Shown one piece after another: positions 1-7,059 of a stretch of 13,255 nt of DNA. Origin of the DNA: Candidatus Heimdallarchaeota archaeon (GTDB taxonomy: Archaea > Asgardarchaeota > Heimdallarchaeia > Heimdallarchaeales > Heimdallarchaeaceae); assembly GCA_021399395.1 (NCBI GenBank), contig JAAFKJ010000150.1:1-13255 (forward strand). Direction: 5' to 3'. The notes beneath the pieces were generated by a model that saw nothing but the letters and a program-made list of their open reading frames with translations, searched no databases and was not told the DNA's origin. Each line of letters opens with the position of its first letter. Position 1 is the first letter of the stretch. The translations under genes and the position numbers were made by a program.

Positions 1-84
1 ATGTGGATTTTCAATTTTTTTGACTTACAGTCGGAAGAAAAAACTCTTAATGCTGAATAGTTATTTTTCAATCGGTGTTAAAAC

Positions 85-1257
85 ATGGTTTCAGATAATG
101 AAGTCATATCATACTTTGAAAATCCTAAGACTCCTCTCCCTATGAATTTCATTTCAGAAGGTGTCAAGGAGGTTAATACAATTATTGCAGCAATAAATCC
201 CAGGGCAACAGAAGAAGTTATCAGAGGGATTCTAAGAGCTGCAAAGAAAACTCTTTCAGTTGTAATATTCGAACTCGCATTAAGTGAAATGTCTCTCAGC
301 GGTGGATATACAGGCTATACACCACAAAAGTTTGCTGACAGATGTAGAACCGCTGCTGAAAAAGAAAAATGGTTTGCTTATTCTCTTCATGCAGATCACC
401 TTACTGTAAAGAAGGGAACAGAAGAAGAAATGTCAAACGTAATGAAAGAAATCGAAGCACGAGTAGAAAGTGGTTTTACTGGATATGCTATAGATACTTC
501 TTTCCTATTTGATAGAGAAGCTAATGATGTAGCTGGACAACTCAAAAACATTATCTCAAAGGGGCTGATTCTGTTTGATTTTCTGAAGGAAAAGATGGGT
601 CAAAAAGAATATGGTCTTGAAGGAGAAGTTGGAGAGATAGGTATTACCGAGTATACCTCTGTTGAGGAAGCTACATATTATGTTAAAGCTCTAGCTGAAA
701 AAGGAGTTTACATTGACTATTTGGCAATTGCCAATGGTTCAACTCATGGTGTAAGTGTAAATGCTAAAGGTGAAGTTGTTCCACAACTAGGAATCAATGT
801 TCAAAGAACTGTTGAAATTGTAAAATCTTTAAAACAGCAAGGTTTCTCAACCAAGATAGCTCAACATGGGATTACCGGAACTCCTGTAGAAGTTATAGCT
901 TCAACCTTTCCACATGGAAGCATCGTTAAAGGAAATATCGGAACTTTCTGGCAGAGGTTGGTTCAGAAAATTCTCGCTGAACATGAACCTGATCTATATG
1001 CAAAAATGAGGAAATGGGTTTTAGATAAATATGGGAAACCAGATGTTGAAGAAGCAACAACTTATGCCAAAAGTTCTAAATACGCATGGAAAGAATTTTT
1101 TGATGAAGTAGAGAATATAAGTGCAGAAGCTAAAGAAGCAATCATAGATAAAGCTGAGAAAGACATGAATGCGTTCATAGAAGCTTTGAAAATGAACAAC
1201 ACAGCTGTGTTTTGTTACAAATATATGTCTGAAAACCAATTATTGGAAAAATATTAG
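85..1257 (+). CDS. fba: Class II (metal-dependent) fructose-bisphosphate aldolase family protein
   Basis: Class II aldolase motifs in the expected order: LHADH, GFTGYAIDTS, EGEVGEIG, LAIANGSTHG, AQHGITG, KGNIGT. GGTG SD-like site at 74-77. Lies 11 nt upstream of an FBPase gene. Confidence 0.9.
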   Translation: MVSDNEVISYFENPKTPLPMNFISEGVKEVNTIIAAINPRATEEVIRGILRAAKKTLSVVIFELALSEMSLSGGYTGYTPQKFADRCRTAAEKEKWFAYSLHADHLTVKKGTEEEMSNVMKEIEARVESGFTGYAIDTSFLFDREANDVAGQLKNIISKGLILFDFLKEKMGQKEYGLEGEVGEIGITEYTSVEEATYYVKALAEKGVYIDYLAIANGSTHGVSVNAKGEVVPQLGINVQRTVEIVKSLKQQGFSTKIAQHGITGTPVEVIASTFPHGSIVKGNIGTFWQRLVQKILAEHEPDLYAKMRKWVLDKYGKPDVEEATTYAKSSKYAWKEFFDEVENISAEAKEAIIDKAEKDMNAFIEALKMNNTAVFCYKYMSENQLLEKY

Positions 1258-1268
1258 GAATTGAGAAA

Positions 1269-2186
1269 ATGGATGTCAATAAATTTCATACTATAGAATC
1301 CTATATTGATGAGGTGCAACCTGAATCTCTTAGAGAAATAATCAAATCATTGATTGAGATAAGTTTAGATGTTCCCAAACAAATTCTAACCTTTTTGCTT
1401 GGAGAAAATGATTATTCCGGGACGCTTAATCTCTCAGGTGATGAACAGTTAAGCCTAGATATCGCGACCCAAGAACTATTCTTACAAAGGATGCCGAACA
1501 ATCTCTACAGTTTATTGTTGGGTGAAGAAACTGATGAAGACAACATAATGACAGGAACTGGTGAATATATTATCTTAGGTGATTTCATTGATGGTTCTTC
1601 CATTGTTAGAAGTAGAAGTCCAGGAGCTATCGTTAATATTATTGATCAAAAAGGCTACACTGTTGCTGCATTAACAGTTAGTTATACATTATATTTACGC
1701 TTTGATCTTGCTACAGACGTGGGTTTCATACAGTTTGTTCATGATGAAGAATCTTTTCGAGTGGTGCGAGATAACTTGGACATTAGTCCTAGTAAGAATC
1801 CTGTGTTTGGTTTAGGTGGTAAATATAATGATCATTCTGCAAAGGAGAAACTTTTCGTGGATGCTTTAGATATTAAAGGAAAAAACCGATATGGTGGGTG
1901 CATGGTTCAAGATATGAATAATGTTTTCGAGAAAACCGGTGTTTTTGGATATTTTACACCAAAATTGCGATTTTGCTATGAAATTATTCCTTATTTGTAT
2001 ATCTTATCAAAAGTAAATGGTGATGGGTTTTATATCACAGCTGATGGACATGAGATTAAACGCGAACTGATAAGACCTCTTGATGTAAATAAATTGACAT
2101 CATTACATTATCTTCATCAAAGAGCTGGGTTCGTTGGTGGGTCGAAAGACCTTATTGATCTCTGGTTTAAGATTGAAGATCTTTAG
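1269..2186 (+). CDS. fbp: Class I fructose-1,6-bisphosphatase family protein (divergent, FBPase/SBPase fold)
   Basis: NLSGDEQLSLD, GEE (canonical SEE), DFIDGSS (canonical DPLDGSS), RYGGCMVQD, KLRFCYE (canonical KLRLLYE). Likely co-transcribed with the aldolase. Confidence 0.82.
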   Translation: MDVNKFHTIESYIDEVQPESLREIIKSLIEISLDVPKQILTFLLGENDYSGTLNLSGDEQLSLDIATQELFLQRMPNNLYSLLLGEETDEDNIMTGTGEYIILGDFIDGSSIVRSRSPGAIVNIIDQKGYTVAALTVSYTLYLRFDLATDVGFIQFVHDEESFRVVRDNLDISPSKNPVFGLGGKYNDHSAKEKLFVDALDIKGKNRYGGCMVQDMNNVFEKTGVFGYFTPKLRFCYEIIPYLYILSKVNGDGFYITADGHEIKRELIRPLDVNKLTSLHYLHQRAGFVGGSKDLIDLWFKIEDL

Positions 2187-2217
2187 ATTTTTTCCTCTTT
2201 CTTTTTTTTGTTATTTT
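2187..2217 (+). terminator. Putative archaeal oligo-T terminator of fba-fbp
   Basis: ATTTTTTCCTCTTTCTTTTTTTTGTTATTTT directly after the TAG, in a convergent intergenic gap. Confidence 0.55.
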
Positions 2218-2247
2218 ACAACTCTTTAGGCAAATTCCACGATTTAA

Positions 2248-2694
2248 TTAATTTTCGTCCTCAATCCTTTTCTTTTCTTCTTCTTCTGTTTTTCTTCGTC
2301 TAATTTCTTTTTCACTTAGAAGCATGTAAATGAAGTATCTAATTGGTTCATGAAGTGGTTGATAGATATTTGGATCAAAATCTTGTACATGAGGACAGAG
2401 GTCATCAATAACGAATTCATCCATTTCTAGGTCATATATTAGGGGATAGTATGTGCATCCTTCAGGTCTGTTTTCGTAGATACTACAAAGACCATTCTTA
2501 AGGAAAAAACATTTGTTTTCAATATTTCTTAAAACCATGAATCCATCTTGTTCTTCTAGAAATTCATCAATTTTAAATCCTAAACCAGAAATTCTTGTGA
2601 TATCCTTCTCTGATAACGGCATTTCTGTCTCTAAACAGCAGTCATAGCAGTTTTCAGAATAGGGACAATAAAATTCTGATTTAGTAGTAGTCAT
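2248..2694 (-). CDS. YkgJ-family (CxxCxxCC-type) cysteine-cluster protein, putative Fe-S/Zn binding
   Basis: CPYSENCYDCC, CFFLKNGLCSIYENRPEGCTYYP and a further LCP. Charged C-terminal tail. Lies 12 nt downstream of the mutase gene. Confidence 0.85.
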   Translation of the reverse strand: MTTTKSEFYCPYSENCYDCCLETEMPLSEKDITRISGLGFKIDEFLEEQDGFMVLRNIENKCFFLKNGLCSIYENRPEGCTYYPLIYDLEMDEFVIDDLCPHVQDFDPNIYQPLHEPIRYFIYMLLSEKEIRRRKTEEEEKKRIEDEN

Positions 2695-2706
2695 TTTCTT
2701 ACCTAT

Positions 2707-4083
2707 TTATTGAATTTTTGCGATTTCATTTTTGATTCTATCCCCAAATTCAAGTGCTAGTTTTTCTATGACCTCTTGACTATCCGCTTCTATTGTCATT
2801 CTGATTATTGGGGAAGTGTTTGATGCTCTTATTAGAACCCATCCATCTTTTAGATTGACTCTAACACCATCTAATGTGTTTATTTCTTCATATTTTAAGG
2901 AGAGGTTTTGCTTAAGATTCTCTACAGCTGTAAATTTAATTTGGTCATCACATTCTATTTCAGTCTTTTTTAGTGGATAGATTGGGATTTTTCCCACTAA
3001 AGTTGACAGTTTTTGTTTTTCTCTATTAAGTATTTCTGCGATTTTTAGTGGAGTAACAACCGCATCATCAAATAGAAAATACTCTGGTATGATTATATGC
3101 CCACTTGATTCTACACCCAAAAGCGCTTTTTCTTTCTTGGCTTCAATAGTTAGAAAAGTATGACCAACAGGTATCTGTTTAACTTCAAACCCTAAAGGTT
3201 CAAGTTGTTCAGCAACAGCTTTAGAGCATTCAACATTTGCTATTATGATACCTTTGTGTTCTGCTAAACCAAATTTTCCGATTATAATTCCTGTTTGATC
3301 AGCTGAAAGAATATTACCTGTATCATCTACAATTACTGCTCTATCGCCATCTCCATCAAAAGCTACTCCAAAATCACATTCTTTCTTCTGAACCATTTTC
3401 ACAAGTTTTTCAAGGTTTTTCGGTTTGGGGTCTGAAGGTCTTCCTGAAAAAGTTGGGTCGGTTTCACAGAAAATGGGAACAACTTCAATGCCCAATAAAC
3501 TGAACAAATTAGGCGCAGACAATGTTGTGCTTCCACCACCACAGTCAAGAGCAATTCTTAATTTCTCAGTGAAATTGAATCTATCTTTGAAGAATGTTTC
3601 ATATTCACTTGATATGTCTTTGATTTCCAAATTCCCCAGTTTATTCCAAGAAACAATGTTGTAATCCTTACTTATAGCAATGTCACGAATCTTCAGTATC
3701 TCTTCTTCAGAGAATCCTACTCCATCTGAATGATAGAACTTAATTCCATTCCATTCTGGAGGTAAATGACTTGCCGTAATGAATGCTGTAGCTTTTTTGT
3801 CAAGCTTCCAACCAGCATAAAGGGTTTGACCAAATGCCGTTGTTCCAACATATGTTATATCAACACCAGTTGAAAGAACTCCGGAAATGAAAGAATAAGC
3901 AAGAGGATAACTTGATTGTCTGATTTCATTTCCAACTGCAACAGCTTTCCCTTTTAGTTTCTGACTAACATAGGTCCCAAAAGCTAGTCCAATTTGATAC
4001 ATAATGGTTGAAGTTAAATCTTCATTGTACAGACCTCGAATATCATAAGCTCTGAATATATGGGAAGGGATTTCATCATTCAT
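2707..4083 (-). CDS. Alpha-D-phosphohexomutase (phosphomannomutase/phosphoglucomutase)
   Basis: IFRAYDIRG, phospho-Ser loop ITASHLPPEWNGIK, metal loop FDGDGDR, sugar loop GVESSGH, C-terminal LIRASNTSP. Confidence 0.93.
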   Translation of the reverse strand: MNDEIPSHIFRAYDIRGLYNEDLTSTIMYQIGLAFGTYVSQKLKGKAVAVGNEIRQSSYPLAYSFISGVLSTGVDITYVGTTAFGQTLYAGWKLDKKATAFITASHLPPEWNGIKFYHSDGVGFSEEEILKIRDIAISKDYNIVSWNKLGNLEIKDISSEYETFFKDRFNFTEKLRIALDCGGGSTTLSAPNLFSLLGIEVVPIFCETDPTFSGRPSDPKPKNLEKLVKMVQKKECDFGVAFDGDGDRAVIVDDTGNILSADQTGIIIGKFGLAEHKGIIIANVECSKAVAEQLEPLGFEVKQIPVGHTFLTIEAKKEKALLGVESSGHIIIPEYFLFDDAVVTPLKIAEILNREKQKLSTLVGKIPIYPLKKTEIECDDQIKFTAVENLKQNLSLKYEEINTLDGVRVNLKDGWVLIRASNTSPIIRMTIEADSQEVIEKLALEFGDRIKNEIAKIQ

Positions 4084-4100
4084 TGTTTTAGGTGAAAATT

Positions 4101-4153
4101 CTTTGTATAAAAATCTAATTGCTTCTGAAATTTCTGCAGAAAAGTCTTATATT
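4101..4153. promoter_or_regulatory. Divergent archaeal promoters for the mutase (-) and plsY-like (+) genes
   Basis: Minus strand: TTTTTATA at 4113-4106, about 23-30 nt before ATG 4083. Plus strand: purine-rich GAAAA (4139-4143) then CTTATAT (4146-4152), about 26-32 nt before ATG 4178. Both spacings fit leaderless transcripts. Confidence 0.55.
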
Positions 4154-4177
4154 GAAGTTTGCTACAATTTCTAAAAT

Positions 4178-4921
4178 ATGCACTTAGCAGTGGTTTATGT
4201 GATAGTTTTTCTTAGTTCTTATGTTGTTGGATCTATCCCCTTTAGTTGGATTGTGACAAAACTTGTAACCGGTAAGAATTTGAGAGAAGAAGGGTCAGGA
4301 AATGTTGGGGGAAGGAATGTTTATCGAGCAACTCAGTCCAAAAAATGGATGTGGGTAGCAGGTTTATTAGATGTTTCTCGCTCTGTTGTAGCCGTAGCAG
4401 TTCCATTTATTGTTTCAGAAATATTATATTTCCAATATCACCCAGAGTATACTTCGGTACTTGCGAATTTCTTCCCTTTTGATACACACCTTAGTTTTTG
4501 TCTAACTATCGCTGGACTTGGTGCAATTCTAGGACATAATTGGCCACTTTACCTGCTGTCCAGTGGGGGAAAAGGAATCACTGTAGTATTAGCATCAATG
4601 CTTGTAGCAAATCCCATAATAATTGTATTTTGGATTGTTCTTTGGCCAATTGTAATTACAATTGTAGGTTATTCATCTATAGCATACATTGTTGTTACTG
4701 CTCTATGTGGAGTCAGTGCATTATTTTTACCAGAAGCAATGTTGATGCCTTGGGCAAAAAGTAATCTTGCCATCGGGATTCTATTATTGAGTATATCTTT
4801 AATAATGCTGAGCCGACAACGAGATAATTTCCGAAAGATAAAGTCAGGTGAAGCAAAGAAAATGAAAATATGGAAAGCTTTAGGTGGTAAAAAAAAGATG
4901 TCTGAAGAGATATTGAAATGA
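4178..4921 (+). CDS. plsY: PlsY-family (acyl-phosphate:glycerol-3-phosphate acyltransferase-like) integral membrane protein
   Basis: YVVGSIPFS, motif 1 LREEGSGNVGGRNVYR, AILGHNWP, motif 2 GGKG, several hydrophobic helices. Motif 3 is degenerate (RQRDNFRKIKSGEA). Confidence 0.85.
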   Translation: MHLAVVYVIVFLSSYVVGSIPFSWIVTKLVTGKNLREEGSGNVGGRNVYRATQSKKWMWVAGLLDVSRSVVAVAVPFIVSEILYFQYHPEYTSVLANFFPFDTHLSFCLTIAGLGAILGHNWPLYLLSSGGKGITVVLASMLVANPIIIVFWIVLWPIVITIVGYSSIAYIVVTALCGVSALFLPEAMLMPWAKSNLAIGILLLSISLIMLSRQRDNFRKIKSGEAKKMKIWKALGGKKKMSEEILK

Positions 4922-4955
4922 AGGAGAAAGTAAAACACTACTCTCTTTTTCTTTC
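4922..4955. terminator. Possible bidirectional pyrimidine-tract terminator between plsY and arsM
   Basis: Plus strand CTCTCTTTTTCTTTC and minus strand TTTTACTTTCTCCTT within a 34-nt convergent gap. Confidence 0.4.
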
Positions 4956-5798
4956 TTACTTAAAAGCAGTAACTGTGATACTTTGAACTGAGGTTCCAAG
5001 CGCCATAAGATTCTCTTTATCTTCATCAAGATCGTCTATGTCAACCTCTACCCCATCAAGAATAATTTTGAGATCCGATTTTCCTTCTCCTTTTTCAACT
5101 GCTATTTCTGGTTCAATATTGCCTTTTTTTTCTAAAACTTGAATGTCCTTGAAACCTGCTTTCTCAATCATACCCAAATAAACATCCTTCAATTCTGCTC
5201 CGGCTACACATGCAGCAAGAAGTTTTTTGTTGCTTCTGACTGATTCTGGAAGCGGTTTAAGAAGAACAATATCTGAGATTGACAATCTTCCTCCTGGTTT
5301 TAGCACTCTATATGCTTCATCAAATACACGTTGTTTTTCTGGTGACAAGTTTATTACACAATTAGAAATAATTACATCTGCATGATTATTAGCTACTGGT
5401 AAATTTTCTATTTCACCTAATCTGAACTCAACATTTGTTATGTTATTTTTCTCTGCATTATTTCTGGCCAAATCAATCATATTTGGTGTCATATCTACTC
5501 CTATAACTCTACCAGAAGAACCAATTTTGGTTGACGATAAGAACACATCTAATCCTCCACCTGATCCTAAGTCAACAACTGTTTCTCCTTCTTTTAATGA
5601 TGCAATTGCAGTTGGATTCCCACATCCAAGACCCAGAATTGATTCGGTTGGAATACTATCTAATTCATCTTTTGTATATCCTATTGCTTTACTAATATTT
5701 TCAGAACCAGATTTAGTATCACCACAACAAGATGTATTTTTCTTTGCTATTTTTCCGTATTCTCTTCTAACAGTTTTTCTTACTTCACTTTTTTCCAA
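4956..5798 (-). CDS. arsM: Arsenite S-adenosylmethionine methyltransferase
   Basis: N-terminal CC pair (C24-C25), GY...LGLGCGNP (C59), SAM motif DLGSGGGLD, GVDMT, ISNCVINL, CVAGA. TTG start preceded by an AGGTG SD. Confidence 0.92.
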   Translation of the reverse strand: MEKSEVRKTVRREYGKIAKKNTSCCGDTKSGSENISKAIGYTKDELDSIPTESILGLGCGNPTAIASLKEGETVVDLGSGGGLDVFLSSTKIGSSGRVIGVDMTPNMIDLARNNAEKNNITNVEFRLGEIENLPVANNHADVIISNCVINLSPEKQRVFDEAYRVLKPGGRLSISDIVLLKPLPESVRSNKKLLAACVAGAELKDVYLGMIEKAGFKDIQVLEKKGNIEPEIAVEKGEGKSDLKIILDGVEVDIDDLDEDKENLMALGTSVQSITVTAFK

Positions 5799-5819
5799 TT
5801 TTTTACACCTTTCTAGATT

Positions 5820-6068
5820 TCAATCTTTCAATATTTCTTCCATTGTAGGCTTAAGAACTACTTTTACCATGTTATCTACTGCATCAGCTTTCATTAGAGA
5901 GATACTAGTTATAACTCCCTTGTCCTTCATTGCTATTACAACTAACCTGTCACCTTGACTAAGTCCCATACTGTCACGTAAACTCTTTGGGAGCACTATT
6001 TGACCTCGACTATCTACATTTACGATACCTTCAACATGGCAGCATCCTACATCTTTCTCTTGATTCAT
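5820..6068 (-). CDS. AbrB/MazE/SpoVT-fold protein, HgcC-like (HgcAB-associated family)
   Basis: CCHVEGIVNVDSRGQIVLPKSLRDSMGLSQGDRLVV matches the AbrB pattern VDxRGQIxLPKxLRxxxGLxxGD. The N-terminal CC and the ISLMKAD...MVKxxLxP tail resemble HgcC as I recall it. Lies 21 nt upstream of arsM. Confidence 0.8.
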   Translation of the reverse strand: MNQEKDVGCCHVEGIVNVDSRGQIVLPKSLRDSMGLSQGDRLVVIAMKDKGVITSISLMKADAVDNMVKVVLKPTMEEILKD

Positions 6069-6096
6069 TGGCCTCAGAAAAAAATTAACATAGGAA

Positions 6097-6122
6097 TTTA
6101 TAAAGATTCTGATATTTCAGAA
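6097..6122 (-). promoter_or_regulatory. TATA box plus palindromic operator upstream of the AbrB-like-arsM unit
   Basis: TTTATAAA at 6097-6104, about 29 nt before ATG 6068. Perfect inverted repeat TTCTGA-N4-TCAGAA at 6107-6122 over the BRE position. Confidence 0.55.
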
Positions 6123-6194
6123 AATTTGGAAAAATATGAATTTGTTGCTATCTGAGTCTAAATGCTTTTATTCTTCTATCAATTGTTGATTTTG

Positions 6195-6692
6195 ATGTGC
6201 AGAGCTACAATTATAACTGGAACTCCAGGGACAGGTAAAACAACGCTAACCAAATTACTTGAAAAGGAAGGTTATTCAGTTTTAGAAGTGGGAAAAGTAG
6301 TAAAAGAAGAAGAACTTTATGACTTCTTTGATGAAAATATGAAAAGCTATGTTGTAGACGATAGCAAACTTAACGATTATTTAATTCAGAAAATAAAAAA
6401 TCATTCAGCAGATTTGCCTTTAATTATTGAAGGCCATGTAGCGCGACTCCCTCCCGCTTATGTATCGCACTGCATTGTTCTCAGATGTTCGGTTCTTAAC
6501 TTACGACAGAGACTGGTGGTACGAGATTATGCCGAACCGAAGATCGATGAGAACGTTGAAGCAGAGATTATGGAGATTATTTTGACTGACATGCTTCACC
6601 TTTATGGTGAAGAAAACGTTACAGTAGTCTCGACTGATGGGGCAATTGAGGACTCTTTTGAACGTCTAATGTCAGTCTTAAGAGCAAAGTAA
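6195..6692 (+). CDS. Archaeal/eukaryotic-type adenylate kinase AK6/Fap7 family ATPase
   Basis: Walker A GTPGTGKTT, IIEGH (hhh[DE]xH), LRC...LRQRL..RDY...KIDENVEAE. I prefer ATG 6195 over 6162 because the family starts just before the P-loop and a TATA-like CTTTTATT lies at 6165-6172. Confidence 0.88.
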   Translation: MCRATIITGTPGTGKTTLTKLLEKEGYSVLEVGKVVKEEELYDFFDENMKSYVVDDSKLNDYLIQKIKNHSADLPLIIEGHVARLPPAYVSHCIVLRCSVLNLRQRLVVRDYAEPKIDENVEAEIMEIILTDMLHLYGEENVTVVSTDGAIEDSFERLMSVLRAK

Positions 6693-6699
6693 GAAGATT

Positions 6700-7059
6700 T
6701 TATCCTGCTATTCTTATAGATAAAATTCCTCTTTTATCTTTTATAACTGAGACAGCTTCGTTTGGAGCTACAATTGTAAATCCTTTAGATTTGTTACTTC
6801 TTGCAAATAACTTAGCCCATTTGAAGTCATCTCCACCTTCAATTGAGAACAATTTGATGCCAACGAACCTATCATAGTCAATCTTAGTCATTGTTTTTTC
6901 AATTAAGGTCAGTTCTTCTTCATGTGAAAGTCCATCTTCAAGAACAAGTATTGTGTTCCTAACAACTTTTGATAATATATAACTCACTTTTTCTTCAGAA
7001 GATAGATCATTTGTTTCTGAATATGGTATGAAATCTACTCTATACTTCAATTCTGTCAC
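6700..7059 (-). CDS. oapB: OapB/ArvB family protein (DUF2073)
   Basis: LSSEEKVSYILSKV..ILVLEDGLSHEEELTLIEKTMTKIDYDRFVGI and GFTIVAP match DUF2073. The GTG start overlaps the GTPase stop (GTGA). Confidence 0.82.
   Translation of the reverse strand: MTELKYRVDFIPYSETNDLSSEEKVSYILSKVVRNTILVLEDGLSHEEELTLIEKTMTKIDYDRFVGIKLFSIEGGDDFKWAKLFARSNKSKGFTIVAPNEAVSVIKDKRGILSIRIAG

Noticed and set aside
1021-4938. Short ORFs 1021-1239, 3425-3664, 4540-4764 and 4669-4938
   Set aside because: They lie within or antisense to well-supported genes. The Cys richness of 4540-4764 is a frame-shift artifact of Val/Ile/Leu-rich plsY codons.
5440-5958. 172-aa plus-strand ORF
   Set aside because: Antisense shadow of arsM and the AbrB-like gene, with no motifs.
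4956-6068. Mercury methylation locus
   Set aside because: There is no hgcA cap-helix motif or hgcB ferredoxin in the window. HgcC-like similarity alone is insufficient.
6162-6194. Longer N-terminus (MLLFFYQLLIL) for the AK6 gene
   Set aside because: It is not typical of AK6/Fap7 and overlaps the likely TATA box. ATG 6195 fits better.
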